From an uncultured Candidatus Saccharibacteria bacterium (GTDB lineage Bacteria; Patescibacteriota; Minisyncoccia; Minisyncoccales; UBA1441), in NCBI GenBank assembly GCA_964572275.1, contig CAZNED010000002.1, positions 12,582 through 76,581 of the forward strand: DNA of 64,000 nt, in the 5' to 3' direction. The notes under the pieces were generated by a model, which searched no databases, was not told the DNA's origin, and saw nothing but the letters and a program-made list of their open reading frames with translations. The position numbers were made by a program, and so were the translations under genes. Shown here in pieces: positions 38,423 through 48,359 of this stretch; within the stretch, counting starts at the first letter, position 1, and each line of letters opens with the position of its first letter.

Positions 38423-39481
38423 TTAAATACCTGATTTTATCTCGACAACATCGCCATCCTGAATCTGATATTCCCGGCCTTCTGTTCTTATTAATCCTTT
38501 CTGCCGCGCCACAGCAAAATTGCCTGCTTCAATCAGATCATTCCATTTGATAATTTCGGCTTTGATAAAATTATTTTCAAAATCAGTGTGAATCACTCCC
38601 CCAGCCTGTGGAGCGGTTTGTCCCCGCCTCAAGGTCCAAGCTCTTATTTCATTGCGGCCGATTGTAAAGAAAGTAATCAAATCTAATAATCTATATGACG
38701 ATCTTATTAATTCATCAAGCCCACTTTGATCAAGCTCCAAGGATTGGCGTTCTTCTGCGGTTAAATCACAGGCTTCTAATTCTATCAAAGCATCTAGAAT
38801 AATTAATGGATGTCCTTCAAATTTACCCAAGATACCGTGATCAACTTCATCTTTATTGGCATTAATCAAATAAAGACGTGGCTTACCTGTTAATAATTGA
38901 TATTTCTTGATAAGTTCCCAACTAAAATCATCTTCGATATTATCTACTAAGAATTTACCATTTTTTAATAATTCTATGAAATGGTCCAATATTTCTTTCT
39001 CTCGCAGAGCTTCAGATTGGCTGGCCTTAATTTCTTTCTCTAAAGCTATAATCCTTTTTTCAATCGTTTCAATATCTTTTAGGGCTAATTCCGTATCAAG
39101 TATCTCTTTCTCAAACCATGGATCGATTCTCTCTAAAGTATTAATTATTGATTCTTTATTAAACCCTCTTAGAACATAAAGGATGGCGCTCACTTCCCTG
39201 ATGTGAGCCAAGAATTTATTGCCCAGTCCTTCGCCCTGGCTGGCTCCAGCAATTAATCCAGCAATATCGACAAATTCAACGATAGCTGGAATCTTTTTAT
39301 CCTTGGGAAATATTTTGGCTAGGGCATCTAAGCGCTCATCTGGCACAGCAATTGTTCCCAGGTTTGGCTCAATGGTACAAAAAGGATAGTTTGCTCGATC
39401 AACCTGTTTTCGTGTGATCGCTTCAAAAAGCGTTGATTTTCCGGTATTGGGTAAACCTATAATTCCAACGGATAATGACAT
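38423..39481 (-). CDS. ychF: Ribosome-binding ATPase YchF
   Basis: GLPNTGKST, NYPFCTIEPN, DIAGL, GEGLGNKFL, APQAGGVIHTDF. Confidence 0.95.
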   Translation of the reverse strand: MSLSVGIIGLPNTGKSTLFEAITRKQVDRANYPFCTIEPNLGTIAVPDERLDALAKIFPKDKKIPAIVEFVDIAGLIAGASQGEGLGNKFLAHIREVSAILYVLRGFNKESIINTLERIDPWFEKEILDTELALKDIETIEKRIIALEKEIKASQSEALREKEILDHFIELLKNGKFLVDNIEDDFSWELIKKYQLLTGKPRLYLINANKDEVDHGILGKFEGHPLIILDALIELEACDLTAEERQSLELDQSGLDELIRSSYRLLDLITFFTIGRNEIRAWTLRRGQTAPQAGGVIHTDFENNFIKAEIIKWNDLIEAGNFAVARQKGLIRTEGREYQIQDGDVVEIKSGI

Positions 39482-39514
39482 ATTGTGATGATATTATAGC
39501 TCAAAAAAAGACTA

Positions 39515-39542
39515 TTGACATTACTCCAAGACAAAATAAAAT
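39515..39542 (+). promoter_or_regulatory. sigma70-type promoter of the putative sRNA
   Basis: TTGACA-16 nt-TAAAAT. Confidence 0.7.
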
Positions 39543-39547
39543 AGAAC

Positions 39548-39685
39548 TGTCAGTCGACCAATATAAAGCAAAGTATTGAGCCGAATAAGCAGCTGTAAGC
39601 TGTCGAAAAAGCTCAACAAAAATGGTCAAAAAGCCTAAAGGCAAATAACCTTAACGAAAAAGGCGCTTCTTCAAGCGCCTTTTAT
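39548..39685 (+). ncRNA. Putative structured sRNA, about 135 nt
   Basis: Nested helices GACCA/TGGTC, TTGAGC/GCTCAA and GCAGC/GCTGT, then terminator AAAAGGCGCTT-cttc-AAGCGCCTTTT. Confidence 0.55.
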
Positions 39686-39693
39686 TTTATTAA

Positions 39694-40251
39694 TTATTTT
39701 CCTAATCCTGGTAACAATTCATACTCTGCTTGGCTGCGCGCAGCTAAGGCAAAACGCATATCTCTTGCAGCATCTTCTTCCAATCGATGATGATATATCT
39801 CTGGAAATACTTCCTTCGCTGCCTCATAGTCATCCTCAAAAGCACGATGACTTAAGAAAGTCAATTGGCCATCAACGATCCGAGCTGTTAATGCGACGGG
39901 ACCACCCAAAGCCATGCCTGCTTGAAGTTCATTATTCTGATCAATGTAATATTCTTGACAGAAGGCCCAGAGATAATAGACAATTTCCTGATCTTTCGCT
40001 TCTACGCCGAAGAGCTCGTATTCACAATATGTTCGCCCTCCGAAATTAGTTTGACCATAATAATCAGCTAAATATTCTCCGATTTGTTGATCAATAACAG
40101 TTGGTTGAATTTGTTCAATTTCATCAAGAATGGAAATCTCTTCTTCTTCAATTGGTCTTTCAACTCGCTCAAATCCTCTTTGAGCCAACCAAAAACCCAG
40201 TCCCAGCATTACTATCAAGATTGCAACTATAATGATTATTTTTTTGCTCAT
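39694..40251 (-). CDS. Membrane-anchored hypothetical protein
   Basis: Likely start MSKKIII at 40251; one TM segment, YCEY...YLWAFCQEY motif. Confidence 0.7.
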   Translation of the reverse strand: MSKKIIIIVAILIVMLGLGFWLAQRGFERVERPIEEEEISILDEIEQIQPTVIDQQIGEYLADYYGQTNFGGRTYCEYELFGVEAKDQEIVYYLWAFCQEYYIDQNNELQAGMALGGPVALTARIVDGQLTFLSHRAFEDDYEAAKEVFPEIYHHRLEEDAARDMRFALAARSQAEYELLPGLGK

Positions 40252-40304
40252 ATAGGCATAAGGGCCCGCCCGAAGTAACATGGACGGGCTCTTATGATTG
40301 ATAT

Positions 40305-40979
40305 TTAATTTCCGCTAAAAATATTATCTAGCCATTTTTTAGCTTGGTCCTTCCCACCCAATCCGAACGCCAACGCTGCCGTAATAATAATACCTGCAAA
40401 TAGAATCTGGACTAATTCTGATGCTATGCCAAGTTGCACTAAAGAAGCCATGATAGCGAAGACAACCACCGCATATTTAGCTAGGCGGCCTAGATTGCCT
40501 GCTTTATTCTCTGATAAATGCGAAGCATGTAAAGATTTCCCGACAAATTGCTTAACAATATCTCCGACAATCAATCCTACTACTAAGATTAAAATAGCAA
40601 TGATAACATTCGGGATGTAAAGAACAATCTCTCTCAAGAATTGAGTGATCGCCTGAAGCTTCAGGATGTCAGTGACAGCCATGAAAGTGGCAATAATAAC
40701 AAACCACTTGATGATCCAGCTGATTACTTCAGAAGGAATAAAGCAAAATCCCATTTCTTCACATTTTCCTGTGATTTTTGTTTTCTCAAAAAGAAGATCA
40801 AGCTTTACACGAGAAATGATCCATTTTGCCAAGCGTGATAACAGAATGGCTAAGATCAAACCGAATATAAGCACTAAAATACCCCAAACAATATTGGGGA
40901 TAATGTACACAAAAGCATTCCAAAGGTCTGTCATAGAGCCCGTAAAAACCTCTTGGAAAGTAGCGACTTGATAAGTCAT
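40305..40979 (-). CDS. TM-helix-repeat (CmpX/MscS-associated) membrane protein
   Basis: Repeated PN(I/V)..A/G.LIL..G units, ALAFGLGGKD. Confidence 0.8.
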   Translation of the reverse strand: MTYQVATFQEVFTGSMTDLWNAFVYIIPNIVWGILVLIFGLILAILLSRLAKWIISRVKLDLLFEKTKITGKCEEMGFCFIPSEVISWIIKWFVIIATFMAVTDILKLQAITQFLREIVLYIPNVIIAILILVVGLIVGDIVKQFVGKSLHASHLSENKAGNLGRLAKYAVVVFAIMASLVQLGIASELVQILFAGIIITAALAFGLGGKDQAKKWLDNIFSGN

Positions 40980-41101
40980 ACAATTTTAAATTAATTATAA
41001 ATCTAAGATAGCGTGTCGACTGCAAGCTAATATTCTAATTATAATGCAAAATTAATCTATTTCCAATGATAGGTTCTGTTTATTTTAATACTGGCATAAT
41101 C

Positions 41102-42100
41102 TTAATCGTAACACTTCTTGGTCCAAACTTTATTTTTCCATTTTGCCATGCATTCCCCCAATAAGGGTTCTTTTATCGGAGAAAGATATGCTCCGGCTCG
41201 GGCTACCCATTTCACCAATAAAAAGACAGGAATGGCTACAATAATATTGAATAATGTATAAGCATTGGCTATAAAACGAACATCACTCGCGTCCATCGTG
41301 ATCCAATGAGTTAGGGCAATAAATTGCGTAAGAAGAAGCATAGTCAATAACGCAATTGCTAATTTAAAAACAGAAAAACCACGCGCTACGATTTTACCAG
41401 ATCGAGATGTTACCAACGAGACTAAGCTAATAGTGATATTAGTGCCCGTTGCCGCACCGATCATAAAAGGAATGGCGGCGAATGGAGTTAATAATCCACT
41501 CATAGTCATAGCCATTATTATGCCTACCGTCACTGAGGATGACTGAAGAACCAGTGTTATGGCGATCCCAATCAAGAACATATACCATGGTTGAGATTCT
41601 ATGCGATCCATTTGCGTAGCCAACCAATTCATATTATTGGCATCTGTAAAAGCCCCCGTCATCAACGATAATCCCATGAACAATAATCCTAAGCTAAAGA
41701 AAGCAATACCCAATATCTTGATGTATTTGCCATGCAGACTAAATGACCACAAGACCAACCCCAGAGCTATTAATAATGGCCCGTAGCTCATTATTGGTAG
41801 AGATATTATTTGAGCTGTAATCGTGCTTCCTATACTAGCCCCGGCTAACAATAATATTCCCGAGATAATCGATACCATTCCCCCGCCAACCAACCCGACC
41901 ACTATTGATGAAACCACTGAACTGCTTTGGACTATCGCTGTTACCGATGTTCCAAGTAAAAAATAGAACCATTTATGCCCTTCGGCACGCTTGAGCATAT
42001 CTTTTACATCCGCTCCTAAAATCTGTTCGGCATAACGAGCAAAAATAATAATACCGACAAGAAAACATCCTAATCCTAAGATAAGTGTTATTGAAATCAT
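41102..42100 (-). CDS. Na+/Pi cotransporter family protein, without PhoU domains
   Basis: Two QSSS repeats, each followed by a GAxxGx motif. Confidence 0.85.
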   Translation of the reverse strand: MISITLILGLGCFLVGIIIFARYAEQILGADVKDMLKRAEGHKWFYFLLGTSVTAIVQSSSVVSSIVVGLVGGGMVSIISGILLLAGASIGSTITAQIISLPIMSYGPLLIALGLVLWSFSLHGKYIKILGIAFFSLGLLFMGLSLMTGAFTDANNMNWLATQMDRIESQPWYMFLIGIAITLVLQSSSVTVGIIMAMTMSGLLTPFAAIPFMIGAATGTNITISLVSLVTSRSGKIVARGFSVFKLAIALLTMLLLTQFIALTHWITMDASDVRFIANAYTLFNIIVAIPVFLLVKWVARAGAYLSPIKEPLLGECMAKWKNKVWTKKCYD

Positions 42101-42152
42101 AATTTATGACTCAGTATAACATGACAAAAATAAGCTACTATAGTCATGATTT

Positions 42153-43154
42153 CTATTTGATGATCTGAGATGCTGATTTAATTATCCTGTTTCTTACGGC
42201 ATCCCAATCCTGATCTTCGCCAATTGGTTCAATCAAAATCAAAGAAACTCCCATTTCATCAAGCTTGCGAAAAGAGGCAAAAATATTTCTGGCCACTGAT
42301 TTTGGGTTGGATCCGATGAATATACAATGTGCACTGTATTTGTGATTTCTTTTCGTGCACAAGATACCCGCTTTCTTTCCGAGAATCATCTCTCTAATTT
42401 GATCCTCGTAATTTGACGATTCGATTAAAATAACTTTTGCTTTTGGAGCATAATGCCGATATTTAGTCCCAGGTGATTTTGGTTTTAAGCAATTCTGATC
42501 ACTTAGTAATTCAACATTTATTCCTGTTCTCTCTAAAATTTGGCTTCTTGATATCATTCCCGGTCGAAGAATTGTCAACGGCATAGCAGTCGCATCAATA
42601 ACCGTTGATTCAATCCCTATATCAACTCTTCCCCCATCAACAATCAAATCGATCCGGCCGAACAAATCTTCAATCACATGCTTTGCCTCGGTCGGGCTAG
42701 GTCTTCCCGAAGCGTTGGCGGAAGGAGCTGCGATGGGACAATCTGCATAATCAATTATTGCCCTGGCAATATTATGCCTCGGCATTCTTATCGCCACTGT
42801 GTCCAATCCACAAGTTACTATACTTGGTATCATTTCCGATTTTTCCATAATAATCGTAAGCGGTCCCGGCCAAAATGCACTTATTAATGTTTTTGCCTCA
42901 GTGCTTACATTTTTGACTAAGCCATCTAATTGCTTAATCTTTGAGATGTGAACGATAATTGGATTATCCTGAGGCCTGCCTTTGGCTAAAAATATCTTTT
43001 TGACGGCTTTTTCATTAAGAGCATTAGCCCCCAACCCATAAACTGTTTCTGTCGGAAACGCAATTAGCCCGCCATTTTTAATGATCAGACCGGCCTTCTT
43101 TATCTTTAATTCATTCGGAATAAGAGAATTAATCTTTATGATTTCCGTCTTCAT
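42153..43154 (-). CDS. sua5: Threonylcarbamoyl-AMP synthase Sua5 (YrdC plus SUA5 domain)
   Basis: FPTETVYGLG, KGRPQDNPIIVH, AAPSANASGRPSPT, PG.KYRHYAP. Likely start MKTEII at 43154. Confidence 0.93.
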   Translation of the reverse strand: MKTEIIKINSLIPNELKIKKAGLIIKNGGLIAFPTETVYGLGANALNEKAVKKIFLAKGRPQDNPIIVHISKIKQLDGLVKNVSTEAKTLISAFWPGPLTIIMEKSEMIPSIVTCGLDTVAIRMPRHNIARAIIDYADCPIAAPSANASGRPSPTEAKHVIEDLFGRIDLIVDGGRVDIGIESTVIDATAMPLTILRPGMISRSQILERTGINVELLSDQNCLKPKSPGTKYRHYAPKAKVILIESSNYEDQIREMILGKKAGILCTKRNHKYSAHCIFIGSNPKSVARNIFASFRKLDEMGVSLILIEPIGEDQDWDAVRNRIIKSASQIIK

Positions 43155-43256
43155 CTTTATGTTTATATTAATTCTTCGCTTGGTTTTTTCTCGAATATGT
43201 TTGGCACGGTTTATCATTAAGGGCTGAAATTCCGTGCAACGTCCCAAATGGAAATT

Positions 43257-43892
43257 TTAGAGTATTCTTTTTACCTCATTATTTTTTGCTATCACATAAA
43301 GTTTAGTATAATTCATCTCCTCTTTTGATTTTGGCTTTCGTTCATATTTTTTCACAATCGAGAATTTATTTTTAGCAAGCGAGTTCTTAATCTCTTTGAA
43401 AGAAATGATATTTAAGAAAAGTTTTTCATCTGGCTTGAAAGGTTCGTCAATGAAAATCTCCTCTGATTTTCCTTCCTGAAGTGCGACATAAATTGCACCA
43501 TCTTTTTTAAGAATTTGATGAAATTTTTCAAGAAGAGATGGAACATCTTTCTTAGGAATATGGATTAAGGAGCAAGAAGCTAAAATCCCATCGAAAAATT
43601 CGGAGGGAAAATCTAATTTTCTAATATCTCCTTCTCTAAAATCAATTTTAGGAAATTTTTGTTTTGCAATATTTAACATTTCTTTTGACAAATCTATACC
43701 AATTATTTCGAAACCTTCTGATGTCATAAAACCCGCATCGACTCCAGCACTACAACCAACGTCAAGAATTTTTGCATTTTCCGGAAGTAGGACCAAAAAT
43801 TCTTCAATATATTCTGAGGGCTTTGAAAACTCTTTTGCATAAGATTCTGCAATTTTATCATATACAGAACTTACTTGTTTTGATTTGTCCAT
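43257..43892 (-). CDS. Class I SAM-dependent methyltransferase
   Basis: ILDVGC..G, GIDLS, FDGILA..SLIH. Confidence 0.85.
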   Translation of the reverse strand: MDKSKQVSSVYDKIAESYAKEFSKPSEYIEEFLVLLPENAKILDVGCSAGVDAGFMTSEGFEIIGIDLSKEMLNIAKQKFPKIDFREGDIRKLDFPSEFFDGILASCSLIHIPKKDVPSLLEKFHQILKKDGAIYVALQEGKSEEIFIDEPFKPDEKLFLNIISFKEIKNSLAKNKFSIVKKYERKPKSKEEMNYTKLYVIAKNNEVKRIL

Positions 43893-44078
43893 AATTATAT
43901 AAAAAAGATTAGCTAATGCTTAAAGCTTTTGAGAGGTGAAAATAATATTGAATATAATTCAGTGTATCTAGAAATTTTGCTGATTTTCTTATTAATTATA
44001 AAGTAAAGGGATTCGAACCGATCAGATCGCCCCATTCTCTCGACTGAATGAGTTGACTCCGATAAAAAATACTCTCAG

Positions 44079-44163
44079 CGGAGAGAGTGGGATTCGAACC
44101 CACGGGCCTCTTACGAGGCACGGCTTTCCAAGCCGTTCCATTGAGCCGCTCTGGCATCTCTCC
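44079..44163 (-). tRNA. tRNA-Ser(GGA)
   Basis: Anticodon arm ACGGC-TTGGAAA-GCCGT, long variable arm, discriminator G. Confidence 0.95.
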
Positions 44164-44169
44164 ATTAAA

Positions 44170-45054
44170 TTATTTTGTCATCAATCTTTTAATTCTTTCC
44201 TCTATCGGCGGATGCGTAGCAAACAAACCAATCATCCAACTCTGTCTCTGCTTCCCCCGGAAAGGAGAGGCAACAAACAAATGAGCATTACTCGTATTAG
44301 CCCTGTCTAACGAATTGGGGTCGTCTGATATCTTGGCCAAGGCCTGTGCCAACCCTTCGGGATAACGCGTCAATAATACTCCCGAGGCATCAGCTAAGAA
44401 TTCTCTTTTTCGGGAGACAGCAGCCTTAATTAGAGCTGCTGCTAATGGCGCTAAAATTAATCCCAATAAACCAATGATTAAAATAATTGGATTATTATTT
44501 TCATTACGATTATTCCGATAAAAGCTCATTCTCATAGCCATATTCGAGATAACCGCAATCGCTCCCACCAGAACAATAATCACTGTTCCCAATAAGATAT
44601 CCTTGTTTTGAATGTGAGCTAATTCATGAGCAATAACTCCTTCCAACTCAGATTTATCCAATTTATTCATCAATCCCCTAGTCACCACTACAGCGGCATG
44701 CTTCGCATCGCGCCCTGTTGCGAAAGCATTCGGCTGGCTCTCTTCCATAACATATAATGCCGGCATGGGCAATCCTGCCGCGATAGAAAGATTTTCAGCC
44801 AATCGATAAAGTTCCGGTTCACTTTGTAAAGTAACGGGCTTGGCTCTCATCATCTTCAAAACCATTTTATCTGAATACCAATAAGCAAAAAAATTCATTC
44901 CTAAGCTCCAGATAATAGCTATAATTAATATGGCCCACGATTCAAACATGTAGCTCAGAAGCCAGCCCAATCCGATAATTAGACACATCAAAACAATCAT
45001 CAACATCCATGTTCGCCGAGTGTTGCTCTCTGCCTGTTGATAGAGATTAGCCAT
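44170..45054 (-). CDS. htpX: M48 zinc metalloprotease HtpX
   Basis: PNAFATGR, HELAH, SRKREFLADA, THPPIEERI. Confidence 0.93.
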   Translation of the reverse strand: MANLYQQAESNTRRTWMLMIVLMCLIIGLGWLLSYMFESWAILIIAIIWSLGMNFFAYWYSDKMVLKMMRAKPVTLQSEPELYRLAENLSIAAGLPMPALYVMEESQPNAFATGRDAKHAAVVVTRGLMNKLDKSELEGVIAHELAHIQNKDILLGTVIIVLVGAIAVISNMAMRMSFYRNNRNENNNPIILIIGLLGLILAPLAAALIKAAVSRKREFLADASGVLLTRYPEGLAQALAKISDDPNSLDRANTSNAHLFVASPFRGKQRQSWMIGLFATHPPIEERIKRLMTK

Positions 45055-45061
45055 AAAAACC

Positions 45062-45619
45062 TTAGAAGCTCACTTTCGGGGTTTGGCGGGCTGCTTCATC
45101 ATCCAACTCGAATAAAATCATCTTCTTAAAACCAAATGGCTCAGCCATTAAATTATCCGGGAAGCTTTCAATGCGAATGTTTAAATCTCGAACATTCGTA
45201 TTGTAGAAACGTCGAGCTGCTTGTATTTTATTCTCTGTGTCCGCAAGTTCCTTCTGCAAATCAGAGAAATTCTGAGAAGCTTTCAAGTCTGGATAATTTT
45301 CAACAACAGCAAAGAGAGATTTCAGCGTTTGAGATAAATTATTCTCAGCTTGAGCTTGCTCCCCGATTGTTTTAGCGTTAACCGCCGAAGCCCGAGCCCG
45401 AGTAACATTATCAAAGACATCTTTTTCATGCGTAGCATATCCCCTAACTGTCTCTAATAAATTCGGGATCAAATCATAGCGCCTCTTTAGCTGAACGTCG
45501 ATATCAGCCCAGGCCTCCTTAGCGCGCTGGCGCAATTTAACTAATCGATTATAGGCCAAAATAACCCAAAAAATGATAACTGCAATAACTCCTAAGATTG
45601 GATAAATAAATGGATACAT
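45062..45619 (-). CDS. lemA: LemA family protein
   Basis: YNRLV...AWADIDVQLKRRYDLIPNL, ENYPDLKA, ARRFYN. Confidence 0.93.
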   Translation of the reverse strand: MYPFIYPILGVIAVIIFWVILAYNRLVKLRQRAKEAWADIDVQLKRRYDLIPNLLETVRGYATHEKDVFDNVTRARASAVNAKTIGEQAQAENNLSQTLKSLFAVVENYPDLKASQNFSDLQKELADTENKIQAARRFYNTNVRDLNIRIESFPDNLMAEPFGFKKMILFELDDEAARQTPKVSF

Positions 45620-45655
45620 TTTATTCGATTTAATAATACTTACTTTATTATATCA

Positions 45656-45693
45656 AAAGCCTCCCGCTTAACAACCTAATAAGGGAGGCTTTT
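45656..45693. terminator. groEL terminator
   Basis: AAAGCCTCCC...GGGAGGCTTTT. Confidence 0.65.
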
Positions 45694-45708
45694 AAATTCA
45701 AATCAATA

Positions 45709-47328
<1,620 letters not shown>

Positions 47329-47345
47329 TTATAGATTTAAATTAA

Positions 47346-47636
47346 TTATTCAATGGTAGCCATAATATCATCTTCTCTAGCTATCAAATAATCTTTCTCG
47401 TCAATAGAGATCTCAGTCGGACCATATTTAGAGAAAATAACTTTGTCACCTTTTTTAATAGTCATGGGACGCAATGTTCCTGAATCTAAAATCTTGCCAG
47501 GACCGACAGCCACGACCAAGCCCTGTTCCGGTTTTTCACGATCAGCCGTTTCAGGAATAATAATCCCGCTCTCTGTTTTTTCTTTTTCAGAGATAGGCTC
47601 AATTAAAATATAATCAGAAATTGGTTTTATTTTCAT
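47346..47636 (-). CDS. groS: Co-chaperonin GroES
   Basis: IKPISD, SGIIIP.TA..EKP, VAVGPGK. Confidence 0.97.
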   Translation of the reverse strand: MKIKPISDYILIEPISEKEKTESGIIIPETADREKPEQGLVVAVGPGKILDSGTLRPMTIKKGDKVIFSKYGPTEISIDEKDYLIAREDDIMATIE

Positions 47637-47717
47637 ATCTAAATTTGTTTATTAATTTTAATTGATTAACATCAAAACCCTCTTAATAAATCTAAAAGAT
47701 GGGTTCATTCGCATAAT

Positions 47718-47745
47718 ATTTTATCAGTTTTTTGCCATTAGTCAA
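47718..47745 (-). promoter_or_regulatory. groES promoter
   Basis: TTGACT-16 nt-TAAAAT. No CIRCE element seen. Confidence 0.65.
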
Positions 47746-47781
47746 ATTTATTGATTTGATTAAAATATCGATTCTGATAAG

Positions 47782-48144
47782 ATGAACCATATGAAAAATT
47801 GGGGAGCCAGATTAGCCTGCCAAATGCTGGCTGGTGTTCTCGGTCTTTATTTAGCACAACGCTTCATTCCTCAAGTCCAGATAAACCAAGATTGGACTCT
47901 TATTATCTGGGCCGGTTTAGCTATCGGCGTATTGAATTTTTTCCTAAGACCGATTCTCATGATCATCGCTATCCCTATTCGTATCTTGACTTTTGGATTA
48001 TTTAGCACCATTATCAATATGCTTATGATTTGGTCAGCAACTCTGCTCTACCCTGCTATCATCATTCCTTGGTTCTGGCCACTATTCTGGACTTCAATTT
48101 TAATTGGCTTAAGTGCTACTATAATTTCTTTTGTTTTAACATGA
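47782..48144 (+). CDS. Phage_holin_4_2/YvlD-family membrane protein
   Basis: G.LN.FLRPIL.II..P..ILTFGLF..IIN. Confidence 0.85.
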   Translation: MNHMKNWGARLACQMLAGVLGLYLAQRFIPQVQINQDWTLIIWAGLAIGVLNFFLRPILMIIAIPIRILTFGLFSTIINMLMIWSATLLYPAIIIPWFWPLFWTSILIGLSATIISFVLT

Positions 48145-48356
48145 ATCCATTAATGATTGCTCAAATTTGTGTTTCAATCGTACTCGTGGTTAGTATTCTG
48201 CTCCAGCAGAGAGGAACTGCCATCGGCAGTTTTATGGGTGGTGGTGGAGAGAGTTATTTAGCCCGCCGAGGAGCTGAAAAATATTTACTTTGGATTACTA
48301 TAATTTTTACTATTGCTTTCGTCGGATTAGCTATCGCTAGTTTCCTTTTTGTTTAA
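48141..48356 (+). CDS. secG: Preprotein translocase SecG
   Basis: Start at ATG 48141; ILLQQRG..IGS.MGGG...RRGAEK. Confidence 0.9.
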   Translation: MNPLMIAQICVSIVLVVSILLQQRGTAIGSFMGGGGESYLARRGAEKYLLWITIIFTIAFVGLAIASFLFV

Positions 48357-48359
48357 CCA

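Noticed and set aside
43225-43260. attC-like site after the methyltransferase (GTTGCACGGAATTT)
   Set aside because: It does not fit GTTRRRY, has no matching RYYYAAC inverse core, and no integron integrase is present.
44053-44310. Plus-strand ORFs 44053-44310 and 44087-44284
   Set aside because: They are antisense shadows of tRNA-Ser and htpX.
47637-47745. CIRCE element or RNA thermometer upstream of groES
   Set aside because: There is no TTAGCACTC-N9-GAGTGCTAA, and the leader hairpin does not cover the start region.
47782-48144. Holin as evidence of a prophage
   Set aside because: The YvlD/Phage_holin_4_2 family is commonly chromosomal. It is coupled to secG with no lysin or structural genes.
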